Assembly: GCA_963422645.2 (NCBI GenBank) | Contig: CAXXVO010000011.1 | Span: 64,001-128,000, forward strand | DNA length: 64,000 nt | Direction: 5' to 3' | Source of the DNA: Alphaproteobacteria bacterium | GTDB lineage: Bacteria; Pseudomonadota; Alphaproteobacteria; UBA828 | Shown: positions 41,309 to 51,215 of the stretch, one piece after another | Layout of the letters: each line of letters begins with the position of its first letter | Numbering within the stretch: the stretch's first letter is position 1 | Translations under genes and position numbers: made by a program | Notes under the pieces: model-generated | The model's input: the letters and a program-made list of their open reading frames with translations, nothing else | What the model was told of the DNA's origin: nothing | The model's database searches: none

Positions 41309-42310
41309 CTACATCCAGCCCTGTTCCGCGTAGTACTTCGCCGCGCCCGGATGAATCGGCGCGGACAGACCGTTCTTGATCATGTTGGCGGGATCGAGGT
41401 TGGCGAAGGCGGGATGCAGCGACCTGAAGTCGTCCAGGTTCTCCATCACCGCGCGGGTGACCTCGTAGACCACATCTTCGGGAACGTTCTCGTGGCTGAC
41501 GAAGGTCGCCATCACGCCGAAGGTCGTCACGTCGCTGGTTGTGGTCTTGTAGGTGCCGGCCGGGATCGTGGTGAAGGCATAGTAGGGATTCTCGGCCACC
41601 AGCTTCTGCTCGACCTCACCGTTCAGGTTGACGATGTAGGCATCGCAGCCGTCGGTCGCCACGGACACGCCGGCATTGGGCACGCCAACCGTGTAGCCGT
41701 AGGCGTCGATCTTGCCGTCGCAGAGTGCCTGGGACTGCTCAGTCGAGGTCAGCTCCGTCGCCGCCGCGAAGTCGTCGGCGGTGATGCCGTAGCCTTCCAT
41801 CAGCACCTCGGTCGTGCCGCGCTGGCCGGAGCCGGGATTGCCGATGTTCACCCGCATCCCCTTCGTCTCGGTGAAGGAGCCGATCTCTGTGCCCGCGCCG
41901 GCAATCAGGTGGAAGGGTTCGCCGTGCGCGGAGAAGACTGCGCGCAGGCCGGGGCAGTTCGTGACCTTTTCGGAACTGCCGTTGACGGCATGGAACTGCC
42001 AGTCCGACTGGGCGACGCCGAAGTCGAGCTCGCCCTGGCAGATCTGGCCGATGTTGTAGGTCGAACCGCCGGTAGACGGAGCGGCGCAGCGGATGCCGTG
42101 CTTGCGGCCCGACTTGCGGCCCTCGGCGGCCTCCTTGTGGACCATGCGGCAGACCGAGTTGCCGACCACGAAATAAACGCCGGTCGGGCCGCCGGTCCCG
42201 ATGGAGATGAACCTCTTCTCCTGCGCGCTCGCCTCGTTGGCGGCGCTGAAGGTCGCGCCCATAAGGGCGACGGCGGCCAGCGCGCATGTGGTGAGTCTGA
42301 GTAGCGTCAT
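41309..42310 (-). CDS. TAXI family TRAP solute-binding protein
   Basis: Signal peptide; IGTGGPTGVY, AQSD, NIGNPGSGQR, HPAF and PIHPGA motifs. Confidence 0.92.
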   Translation of the reverse strand: MTLLRLTTCALAAVALMGATFSAANEASAQEKRFISIGTGGPTGVYFVVGNSVCRMVHKEAAEGRKSGRKHGIRCAAPSTGGSTYNIGQICQGELDFGVAQSDWQFHAVNGSSEKVTNCPGLRAVFSAHGEPFHLIAGAGTEIGSFTETKGMRVNIGNPGSGQRGTTEVLMEGYGITADDFAAATELTSTEQSQALCDGKIDAYGYTVGVPNAGVSVATDGCDAYIVNLNGEVEQKLVAENPYYAFTTIPAGTYKTTTSDVTTFGVMATFVSHENVPEDVVYEVTRAVMENLDDFRSLHPAFANLDPANMIKNGLSAPIHPGAAKYYAEQGWM

Positions 42311-42495
42311 AGTCTGTCCTCCCTGAGAGTGCGGAGTTGGAATATTACACGTCAATGCGGGCCAGATACATGCTAACGATTAATGGTAACTACCCAGGTA
42401 CCCCGCCGCCAGTTCTGAGTGCGTGCTGATGTTGCTTGCCGTCGGTGCCGTTTCGCCGTCGGCGCGTCGTTGATCCCCGCTTGACTGTATAGGTT

Positions 42496-42573
42496 CAGAC
42501 TTCCTGACCTCTGCTGATTTTAGGTGACACGAGCCGCGCGGATTCCGAGGCCCCGTCGATGTCGTAGACTATG
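42496..42573 (-). mobile_element. Orphan 78 bp right end of IS element B
   Basis: Same sequence as 8085-8162; preceded by AGGTT; cut off by IS21. Confidence 0.9.
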
Positions 42574-42775
42574 TGTCAATCGGCTTTCAATACTGACCCC
42601 CGATCGGCGTGCAAAATTGCCCCCCCTGAGTGGCACGGCGGAGGTTGTCCCGGTAGCCAATAGGGGGGACCCGCGCGGCTTCGTGTGGCGCCCTGCGCTA
42701 CGCGGAGCGAAGCCGCGTGGGGGGTCCCTGTTGGCCCACCGGGGCAACCGGGCCGCAAGGGAGGCCGGCGGCGGG

Positions 42776-43504
42776 TCAGGAGCGGTTCTTGAAGCGCCAG
42801 CTCTCGTTGCCGGTCTCGATGATCTCGCAATGATGGGTGAGGCGATCGAGCAGCGCTGTGGTCATCTTGGGGTCGCCGAAGACGGATGGCCATTCGCCGA
42901 AGGCGAGGTTTGTGGTGATGACGATCGAGGTGCGCTCGTAGAGCCGGCTCATCAGATGGAAGAGCAGCTGCCCACCGGCCTGGGCGAAGGGCAGGTAGCC
43001 GAGCTCGTCGAGGATGACGAAGTCGCGGCGGACGAGCTGGTCTGCAGTGCGGCCCTGGCGTCCGGCGCGAAGCTCGGCCTCGAGGAGGTTGACCAGGTCG
43101 ACGACGTTGTAGCACCGGCCGCGCGCGCCCTTGCGGATGCAGGACCGCGCGATGGCGACGGCGAGATGGGTCTTGCCGGTACCGGTGCCGCCGACCAGCA
43201 CGATGTTGCGTTTGCCCTCGAGGAAGCCGCCGCCGGCGAGCTCCTGGATCAGGGGCTCGTTGACCGGCGAGGCGGCGAAGTCGAAGTCGGCCAGCTCCTT
43301 GACCGTCGGCAGCTTGGCGGAGGCCATCTGGTACTTGATCGAGCGGGCCCTCTTGTCGGCGATCTCGACCTGCAGCAGCGTACCGATGATCTGTTGCACC
43401 GGATGGCGGCGCTTGAGCCCGTCGGCAAGGATGTCGTCGTAAGCGGCGCGCATACCTGCGAGCTTCAGCTGGGTCATCATCTCCAGCACATCATGACGCT
43501 CCAT
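42776..43504 (-). CDS. istB: IS21 helper ATPase
   Basis: [28 protein letters not shown] and ESWR motifs. Confidence 0.95.
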   Translation of the reverse strand: MERHDVLEMMTQLKLAGMRAAYDDILADGLKRRHPVQQIIGTLLQVEIADKRARSIKYQMASAKLPTVKELADFDFAASPVNEPLIQELAGGGFLEGKRNIVLVGGTGTGKTHLAVAIARSCIRKGARGRCYNVVDLVNLLEAELRAGRQGRTADQLVRRDFVILDELGYLPFAQAGGQLLFHLMSRLYERTSIVITTNLAFGEWPSVFGDPKMTTALLDRLTHHCEIIETGNESWRFKNRS

Positions 43505-45007
43505 GACCGGCCTCCCTCAGGCTGTCGTAGCGCTGACAGTCGGCTACCGGCTTGTGGCGAAGCTGCAGGCCCTCGGGCGTCGGGATGATTGCCGGCGGTG
43601 CCGGCTGGCGCTGCCGGGCGAGGATGTTGAGCACCACGTCGGCGCTGCAGGCACCGCAGTCGAGCGTCTCGGCACAGGCCGCCTCAACCGCCTCCAGTCC
43701 GTCCTCCAGCACCGCCGCGAGCACCTTGACGAACTGCCGGTCGCCGTCGTCGTGGCCCGCGAGCCGGGTTCGCAGGCGGCCGAGCGCGTTGGGCAACTGC
43801 CAGTCCTTGAAGGGCGCGCCATTGCGTAGCGCGCCGGGCTTCCGCGTCAGGATCGGCACGTAATGCCACGGATCGTAGACGAACCGGCCGCGCCCGAAGC
43901 TGCGGGGGTGCTCGGCAACGGTCTCGCCGTCCTGGCGGATGACGATCCGATCGGCATAGGCCCGCACGTCCACCGGCCGGCCGACGGCGCGGGCCGCGAC
44001 GCTGTACTGGTTGTTGTCGAAGCGCACCAGACAGGTCTTCGAGACCGACACCTCGCTGGCATGGAAGCCGTCGAAGGGGCCGCGATACGCCATCAGGAAG
44101 GGGGCTGCTCCTCCTCGAACACCTGCCACACCGTCTTGCCCGGGATTGTCGGATGCGGATGCTTCTTGGCGTCCTCGATGCACCGATCCATCAGCCACTC
44201 GTTGATCTCGGCGTAGGAGCGGCCCCGCGGGATGGGCACGAACAGGCGGCCGCGAAGGTCACCCACCTGCTTCTCGACCTGCCCCTTCTCCCAGCCAGCC
44301 CCTGGCGTGCACGCCACAGGCTCCACCAGATGGTGCGAGCACAGCTCCTGGAAGCGGCGGTTGTAGTCCCGCTTCTTGCCCACGAAGATCGTGCTCACCG
44401 CCGTCTTCATGTTGTCGTAGATGCCCCGCCGGCAGACCCCGCCGAAGAAGCGGAAGGCACGCTCGTGCGCCTCGAAGACCATCTCCTGGCTCTCGCGGGG
44501 AAAGATCTGGACCAGATACATCCGGCTGTGGCACAGCCGCATGTGCGCCGCCTTCACCCTGGTCGTCGCGCCCGACAGACGCGCGTACTCGTGGCTCCAG
44601 TCGAACTGGTAGGCCTCGCCGGGATCGAAGATCAGCGGCACATAGGCCTGCGCCGGCGACAACAGCCGCCACCGGCGCCGCCAGGCCCTGGCATAGCGGC
44701 GAACCGCGTCATAGCCGCCCTTGTAGCCCAGCGACACAAGGTCTTCATGAATCCGCAGAAGAGACAGCCGATCCTTGCGTGCCTTCTTCTCGTTGGCCTT
44801 CAGCTGGCGCTCAAGCTCCTCCACCCACAGCCCAAGCTTCGGCATCGGCTGGATCTTGCGCTCGTAGCTGTGCGAGGTCGCATCGCCCCGCACCACCTTG
44901 CGTATCGTGTTCTTGGAAACCCTCAAATCCCGGGCGAGCTTCTTGATCGGAACGCCCTTCACCAGATGATCCCGACGGATCTTCGCGATCGTTTCCACAA
45001 CCAGCAT
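43491..45007 (-). pseudogene. istA: IS21 transposase, frameshifted at the G5 run 44100-44104
   Basis: PGEAYQFDW, YDNMKTAV and WEKGQVE in ORF1; VRFDNNQYSV and RKPGALRNG in ORF2. Confidence 0.88.
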
Positions 45008-45123
45008 CTCCCCCACCACCCCGTCCGTCCAAACGACGAGGTGTGTTCATGGACACAAATCCAAGGGGGTCAATTTTGGACGCCGATCACCCCCAATAGG
45101 GGGTCACTTTTCCACGCTTAACA

Positions 45124-46705
45124 ACACCTTTTCACCCCACAATCCTTCGCAATGACCGCCGTCAAAGCCATTCGGGAATGGGGCCAGGGGTTGCTGCGCC
45201 TGAGCGCGGCCCTGGTCAAGGAGAACGACGCGCTGGAGCGGGAGAACGCCCGCTTGCGCGAGCGGATCGCCGAACTCGAGCGCAGCGCCGCGCTCGACAG
45301 CACCACCAGCTCCAAGCCGCCGGCCAGCGACGGTCTGAAGAAGAAGAGCGGTGACCGGGAGAAGCGCACCCGGAGCCAGCGCGGCAAGTCCGACAGGCCC
45401 AGTGGCGGCCAGCCGGGCCACAAGGGAACTACCCTGGAGCGGACCGCGACGCCCGACCATGTCGTCGATCATGATCCGTCCGCCTGTGAGGGCTGCGGCG
45501 CGCCGCTGTCGGACGCTGACCGTCACGGAGCCCCCGTCTGCCGGCAGGTCTTCGATGTGCCCGAGCCGCAGCCCCTCGAGGTCACCGAACATCGCGGCCA
45601 TCGTTGCCTCTGCGCTGCCTGCGGCACCGTGACGACAGCCGTCTTCCCGAACGGCGTGAGCGCACCGGTCCAATACGGGCCGCGCATCACCGCGTGGGTG
45701 ACCTACCTGCTGCACGCTCAGTTCATTCCCGAGAAGCGGGTCGCCGAGGTCATGAGCGACCTCTTCGCGGTCAAGCTCTCAACAGCCACCATCGTCGCCA
45801 TGGGAAGGCGCACCGCCCGGCGCTTCGAGGGCTTCCTCGATCGCCTCGCGGAGATCATCCGCACCGCAGCCCCAGTCAAACACCTCGACGAGACCGGCAT
45901 CCGCATCGCCGCCCGGACCCATTGGCTCCATGTGCTGTGCACCCCGTTGCTCACCATCCTGCGCGTCGCCACCGGGCGCAGCCACATCGACGAGAAGCTC
46001 AACGGCATCGTCATCCATGACGACTACGCCACCTACTTCGCTCTCGAGGGCGTGCGCCACGGGGCCTGCAACGCCCATCACCTGCGCGAGCTCCAAGCCC
46101 TCATCGAGATCGAGAAGGAAGACTGGGCAACGAGCACGCACCGGCTCCTCATCCGTGCCAACAGAGCCGCCCGCTTCGCCCACAAGAACGACTGCGACGT
46201 GCCCGCCTCACTGGTGGCCCGCATCTCGCGAGCCTGGGACCGCATCCTCGAACGTGCCATCGCCTCTCACGAAGAAATGCCACCGCTCCAGACCGGAAAG
46301 CGCGGACGACAAAAGCGCTGCATCGGTCACAACCTCGCCCTCCGACTCCAGAAGTACAAGGAGGGGTGCCTGCGCTTCCTCACCGATCCGCGAACCCCCT
46401 TCTCCAACAACGAGGCCGAGCGCGACCTCCGAATGGGCAAGCTGCGCCAGAAAATCTCAGGCGGCTTCCGCTCGATACAAGGCGCCCGCGACTTCGCAAA
46501 CCTGCGATCCGTCATCGCCACCGCTCGAAAACAGCGCTGGAATGTCCTCGAAACCCTGGCGCACCCCGATCCAATCCAGCTGATCCCCGTATTGCGCTTC
46601 TGAAATCCTGCGCTGCTCCGGGAAAGCGCCGCCTGACCCCTGGCTGGTCAGAACCATCAATCCATCACGTCCGAGTGCTCGGCAGAATCAGACCTGGGCA
46701 GTTAC
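45124..46705 (+). mobile_element. IS66 family element (single-ORF type) lacking its left end
   Basis: Right end GACCTGGGCAGTTAC at 46691-46705; left end replaced by IS21. Confidence 0.8.
45152..46603 (+). CDS. IS66 transposase
   Basis: SSKPPASDG, GGQPGHKG, CxxC zinc pairs, HLDETG, CNAHHLREL and NNEAERDLR motifs. Confidence 0.92.
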   Translation: MTAVKAIREWGQGLLRLSAALVKENDALERENARLRERIAELERSAALDSTTSSKPPASDGLKKKSGDREKRTRSQRGKSDRPSGGQPGHKGTTLERTATPDHVVDHDPSACEGCGAPLSDADRHGAPVCRQVFDVPEPQPLEVTEHRGHRCLCAACGTVTTAVFPNGVSAPVQYGPRITAWVTYLLHAQFIPEKRVAEVMSDLFAVKLSTATIVAMGRRTARRFEGFLDRLAEIIRTAAPVKHLDETGIRIAARTHWLHVLCTPLLTILRVATGRSHIDEKLNGIVIHDDYATYFALEGVRHGACNAHHLRELQALIEIEKEDWATSTHRLLIRANRAARFAHKNDCDVPASLVARISRAWDRILERAIASHEEMPPLQTGKRGRQKRCIGHNLALRLQKYKEGCLRFLTDPRTPFSNNEAERDLRMGKLRQKISGGFRSIQGARDFANLRSVIATARKQRWNVLETLAHPDPIQLIPVLRF

Positions 46706-46715
46706 GATTAATGAT

Positions 46716-47743
46716 GGCTCAATTCGTGAATCGTATGCATTGTGATAGAATCCTTCCCGGTTCGCCTTGGAGGTCAGGCAGATGGATCACGAGCGGTTTC
46801 GGGACTGGTTCTCGCGTGTCGATGAGTTGACGGCGGCGCAGCGCAAGGAGGTCGGGGCGGTGCTGTCGGAGCCTCCGGAGGGCGCGGCCTCGCTGGCGGC
46901 GATCGAGCTGGGCGTGGATGACGAGCGGCGCTGTCCGCATTGCGGCGCAGGCGGGGCGGTGTCGCGGGGCACAAGGCGCGAGGTCTTCGCCGCTTCCGGT
47001 GCAAGGACTGCGGGAAGACCTTCGGTGCACTCACGGGCACGGCGCTGTCAGGGCTGCACCACAAGGAGCGCTGGCTGGCCTTCGGCGCCTCGCTTGCCGA
47101 GGGCGAGACGATCAAGGAGTCCGCCGAGCGCTGCGGGATTGCGCCGAGCACGGCGCATCGCTGGCGCCACCGCTTCCTGGCGGCGGTTCGGCAAGCGCCG
47201 GACCGGCTTGCCGGGATTGTCGAGGCCGACGAGACCTTCGTTCTCGAGAGCCGCAAGGGGGAGCGGAAGCTGGATCGCAAGCCGCGCCGTCGCGGCGGCA
47301 AGGCCCGCAAACGCGGCCTCTCGCGCGAGCAGGTGCCGATCCTGGTCGCCGCCGACCGTGCGGGCGAGACCCTCAGCCATAGCCTGCCCGCCCTCAACGC
47401 AAAGAGCGTGAAGGAGGTGCTGGAGCCGGTCGCAGCGGATGCGCTGCTCGTCTCCGACGCCAAGCGCTGCTATCCGCCCGTCGCGGCGGCGCTCGACATA
47501 CCTCACGAGAGCATCAACGCTTCTGCTGGCGAGCGGGTCCGGGGCGCGCTGCACATCCAGACGGTCAATAGCCGCCACAGCCAGATCAAGGGCTTCCTGC
47601 GCGGCTTCCGCGGCATCGCCACCAAGTACCTGGACAGCTATCTGAGGTGGTTCCATCTCATCGAACTCGGCGATCAGCCATCGCCCAGAGCGTGCCTCGA
47701 GGCGGCGATGGCCAGACCGCGCCTACGCTTTGCGAATTGAGCC
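46716..47743 (+). mobile_element. IS1595 family element with 8 bp target duplication
   Basis: Repeats GGCTCAATTCG and CGAATTGAGCC; TTAATGAT at 46708-46715 and 47744-47751. Confidence 0.93.
46782..47740 (+). pseudogene. IS1595 transposase, frameshifted at CACA 46970-46973
   Basis: CPHC...CKDC zinc finger split across frames; VEADET, LVSD, HIQTVN and GIATKYLDSYL motifs. Confidence 0.85.
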
Positions 47744-47781
47744 TTAATGATTGGGCGCTGCACCGGCGAGTCCGACGAGCA

Positions 47782-48921
47782 TCATGCCATTATGAAGGAG
47801 CGGAAGCGGCGTGCCACGTCGCGGGGCGATACCGAGGGGCGCCCCAGCTCGGCGACAGAGCCGGGCGCGATCAGCGCATGGATCAGTACTGGCCTCGGGC
47901 TGCCGGTGAATGACGCCTCCAGGGCTTGGACAAAGCTCGATTCACTATCGCACCGGTAGGCCATGGGGTAGCCGCAGGCTTGGGCGACGGCGGCAAAGTC
48001 GACGTTGGGAGAGACGGTTGCCTGCCCGCCGGTCGAATCATGCACGCCGTTGTCGAGCAAGACGTGAATCAGATTGCCCGGAGCGTGGGCGCCGATTGTG
48101 GCCAGCGTACCGAGCTTCATCAGAGCCGCACCGTCCCCGTCCAACACCAGTACGGGGCGGGCCGTGTTGAGCGCGATGCCGAGGCCCATCCCTGACGCGC
48201 AGCCCATGGAGCCCACCTGGTAGAGCTGCTGAGGGCGGTCTTCGAGCGTGAACAGCTCCCGCCCGGTCTTGCCGGTGGTCGCGACCACCGCGGCCTCGGC
48301 GGGCACGAGCGCCTGAACGCAGCGCAGGAGGTCGATTCGCGCCGGCCGTTCGCCACCCTGACGGATGTCTTTGACTTGACCGCGCGCGTGGACCGGCTGG
48401 TCCGGCTGATCGAGGCCGTCGTCGCGCACGCTGCCCTTCTCCATGACGAGGGCAAAGGGTAGCTCGTCCGCCGCCATGGCCTGCTCGGCCCGGTCGAGCG
48501 CCGCCGGCACGGCCGCGGTCTCCTTGGGAAAGCCGGTATGGCCGATGGCGATCGTATCGAGGAGCGATCCCATCACCTCGCCCATGAGCTCGTGCTGGGG
48601 TTCATCCCTGAGCCCCGGCTGCCCACGCCAGGTGACAATCAAGAGCGTCGGAATGCGGAAGGGATGGTTGAGCGAGGTGAGCGGGTTGACGGTGTTGCCG
48701 AGGCCGGAGTTCTGACACATCACGACCGTGCGCCTGCCTGCGAGCCAGGCGCCCGCCGCCACCGCCACGGCCTCGCCTTCGCTCGCCGCACCCACGTAGC
48801 TGAGAGCCGGATCGGAGATCACCCGGTTGATCAGCGGCGTGAGGAACGAGCAGGGGACGCCGGTATAGAACGAGAACCCGCGATCCCGCGCGGGCTCCAG
48901 GAAGGCGTCGGCCTCAATCAT
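47782..48921 (-). CDS. aepY: Phosphonopyruvate decarboxylase (ThDP-dependent)
   Basis: GVPCS, QNSGLGNTVNPLTSL, WRGQPG..DEPQH, VGSMG, DGDGA and DSTGGQ motifs. Confidence 0.88.
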   Translation of the reverse strand: MIEADAFLEPARDRGFSFYTGVPCSFLTPLINRVISDPALSYVGAASEGEAVAVAAGAWLAGRRTVVMCQNSGLGNTVNPLTSLNHPFRIPTLLIVTWRGQPGLRDEPQHELMGEVMGSLLDTIAIGHTGFPKETAAVPAALDRAEQAMAADELPFALVMEKGSVRDDGLDQPDQPVHARGQVKDIRQGGERPARIDLLRCVQALVPAEAAVVATTGKTGRELFTLEDRPQQLYQVGSMGCASGMGLGIALNTARPVLVLDGDGAALMKLGTLATIGAHAPGNLIHVLLDNGVHDSTGGQATVSPNVDFAAVAQACGYPMAYRCDSESSFVQALEASFTGSPRPVLIHALIAPGSVAELGRPSVSPRDVARRFRSFIMA

Positions 48922-49055
48922 TCGGGTGTCTCCGGAGATGGACAATTGAAGGATGATAGACTCCTGCGATGCCTGGAGGCACAGGCGGGCGGCAAACATG
49001 GAAATTTGGCTGTGTGTCGCTTGTCAACTGTCAGGCGCCATTCTACCGTGTAGTA

Positions 49056-49334
49056 ATGATTGCGTCGTTCAGGCATCGGGGCCTGAAGGCACTCTACGAT
49101 GGCAGGACGGCCCGATGGGTAGCACCAAACCACGTCCAAAGATTGAGAGACATTCTGGCGGCTCTCGACAGCAGTCATGGACCGGACGCTATGAACCTGC
49201 CCGGGTTCCGTTTGCATGAGTTGAAGGGAAGGCTGAACGGCCACTATGCGGTTTCGGTCTCCAGCAACTGGCGTGTGACCTTTCGTTTCGAAGACGGATC
49301 GGCGGTCGATGTAGATTACGTCGACTATCACTGA
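49056..49334 (+). CDS. higB: HigB (RelE/ParE family) toxin
   Basis: MIASFRHRGL...LHELKG...SVSSNWRVTFRF...VDYVDYH. Confidence 0.92.
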   Translation: MIASFRHRGLKALYDGRTARWVAPNHVQRLRDILAALDSSHGPDAMNLPGFRLHELKGRLNGHYAVSVSSNWRVTFRFEDGSAVDVDYVDYH

Positions 49335-49345
49335 GGAGACGGGAC

Positions 49346-49633
49346 ATGGCGATGCACAATCCGCCGCATCCGGGTGGGATCGTGAAGCGGCAATGCCTGG
49401 AGCCCCTGGGACTTACCGTGACACGGGCTGCTCGGGGACTTGGGGTCACGCGCCAAGCACTCTCCGAACTCATTAACGAGCGCACGGGCGTTTCGATCGA
49501 CATGGCAATAAGGCTGTCAAAAGCCTTCGGTTCGACGCCTGAGACCTGGCTTGGAATGCAGATGGCCTATGATCTTTGGCAGGCCCGCGACCGCGCTCAG
49601 CGGATTAAGGTGGAGCGCTTTGCTGCGGCCTGA
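49346..49633 (+). CDS. higA: HigA antitoxin (HTH)
   Basis: MHNPPHPG, HTH, MAIRLSKAFG and WLGMQMAYDL motifs. Confidence 0.93.
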   Translation: MAMHNPPHPGGIVKRQCLEPLGLTVTRAARGLGVTRQALSELINERTGVSIDMAIRLSKAFGSTPETWLGMQMAYDLWQARDRAQRIKVERFAAA

Positions 49634-49718
49634 CAGCCGGGCACACCTTTATTCGTCGTCTGTCGGACGAGGACATCACCATTGACAGGCGCCGACGTTC
49701 GATAGACGGTCGGGGACA

Positions 49719-50371
49719 GTGGTCCGGGTGCATTGCGCCCGCGCGTGCCGCCGCCACGACCCGGGAGGCGACCGGTTGCGCCGCTATCTGCTCCTCTACC
49801 GGTTCCTGATCGTCAATATCGTGGGCGCGGCCCTGCTCGGGCTCGCCGGCGCGCAGGGCTGGATCGCGCGGATTGCCGAGGCGGACCCCACCGGCCTCGT
49901 CTTCGTCATTTTCGGCGTCTTCGCGGTGGGCCTGGCGCTATGCGGCTACCGCCTGTTCAAGACCAGCGCGGCTCTCAACCGGCTGGAAGAGAGCGGGACG
50001 GTGGACCTTCCCGACAAGTGGACCCGCGCGCCCGTCCGCCCTGAGTTCATGGCCGAGGCCCTCAAGGCGCGGCTCTTCAGTCGCATTGCCGTGGTAAGGC
50101 AGATCGCCGCTGCGCTGGTCGTGCTCGGACTGATCGGCACGGTGGCGGGATTCATCATCGCGCTCTCCGGCGTCTCGGCGGAAGACGCCGGCACGCTTGC
50201 CGCCGTGCAGCCGATGATCTCCACCCTCATCAGCGGCATGTCGGTCGCTCTCTACACCACCCTGGAAGGGGCTGTGCTGGGCCTGTGGCTTACCGTTATA
50301 ACTACCGTATGCTGGCGACGGGCACCTCCACACTCTACAGCGAGCTTCTCGCGGCCGATGGACGAGTTTGA
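49719..50371 (+). pseudogene. MotA/TolQ/ExbB proton channel family gene, frameshifted near its 3' end
   Basis: LGLIGTVAGF and GMSVALYTTL motifs; removing TA at 50297-50300 gives WLTVNYRMLATG...GRV*; start uncertain. Confidence 0.75.
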
Positions 50372-50389
50372 CGACGACAGCGGCACGAT

Positions 50390-50984
50390 CTTCCGCTACC
50401 GCATCGGCAGCACGGTCTTCATCCTCGCCACCACCCTCCTCGACCCCAAGGCCTGGAGCGTCGCGGAACTGGCCGAGCTCTATCACGCGCGCTGGGGAAT
50501 CGAGGAACTCTACAAGACCTCGAAACAGGCCATGGCCGTCGAGGCCTTCCACAGCCAGACCGAGCGCGGCGTCCGCCAGGAGCTCTTCGCCCACTTCAAC
50601 CTCATCGCCATGACCCGGCTCTTCACCAACCGCAGCAACGCAAGCCTCGACGCCGAGCGCCCTGCCGACGGCAAGCCGGCGATGAAAGCCAACTTCAGCA
50701 ACGGCCTCGCCACCGTCGCGCGCAACCTCGAAGCGCTGCTGCTGCGCCATACGGCGATGGTCGCCGAAACCCTCAGCCATGTCCTCTCCTGCATCAACCA
50801 GGCGCGTCAGCGCCCGCGCCCCGGCCGGTCCTGCGAACGCAGGTCGCGCAAACCCCGCGGCAAGTGGGCACGCGCAAAGCGGGCCGTCGCCTGAACACCT
50901 GAACGACAGAAACGCACGCAACCGACAGCGCAAGAACACGACTCCTTAAGTGAACAGTCGAAAACCGCTAAGTGAATGCCATTG
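50390..50984 (+). mobile_element. IS4 family remnant (transposase C-terminus and right end)
   Basis: ILATTLLD, LYHARWGIEELYKT (Y-2-R-3-E-6-K-like); terminus CTAAGTGAATGCCATTG; left boundary approximate. Confidence 0.82.
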
Positions 50985-51158
50985 CCCGGCGGCGAGGGTG
51001 AGTTCACTCGGGTCACGCTCAGGCCGCGCGTGACGATCACGCCGGAGAGCGATGCCGAGGCCGCGGCACGCCTGCACGAGCAGGCCAACGCCAACTGCTT
51101 CGTCGCTCGCTCGGTCAACTTCCCCGTACATCACGAGCCCGAGATTCTCAGCGCTTGA
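50985..51158 (+). pseudogene. OsmC family C-terminal remnant
   Basis: GEFTRVTLRPRVTI...LHEQANANCFVARSVNFPV; begins at the IS4 end. Confidence 0.8.
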
Positions 51159-51215
51159 GCAGTGCGGCGCGCTATGGTGCGCCATCGAGTCGACGGGAGC
51201 AGAGGAGGACGAACG

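Larger units (their letters stand above)
42574..45123 (-). mobile_element. IS21 family element (istA-istB)
   Basis: Ends TGTCAATCGG...TGACCCC and GGGGTCAC...CTTAACA with internal repeats; no flanking duplication. Confidence 0.9.

Noticed and set aside
44093-44110. Programmed ribosomal frameshift in istA
   Set aside because: istA is normally a single ORF and there is no classic slippery heptamer; better explained as mutation or sequencing error
49029-49693. TGTCAGGCGCC and TGACAGGCGCC flanking higBA as possible att sites
   Set aside because: Only 11 bp with a mismatch in GC-rich DNA and no recombinase nearby; could be chance
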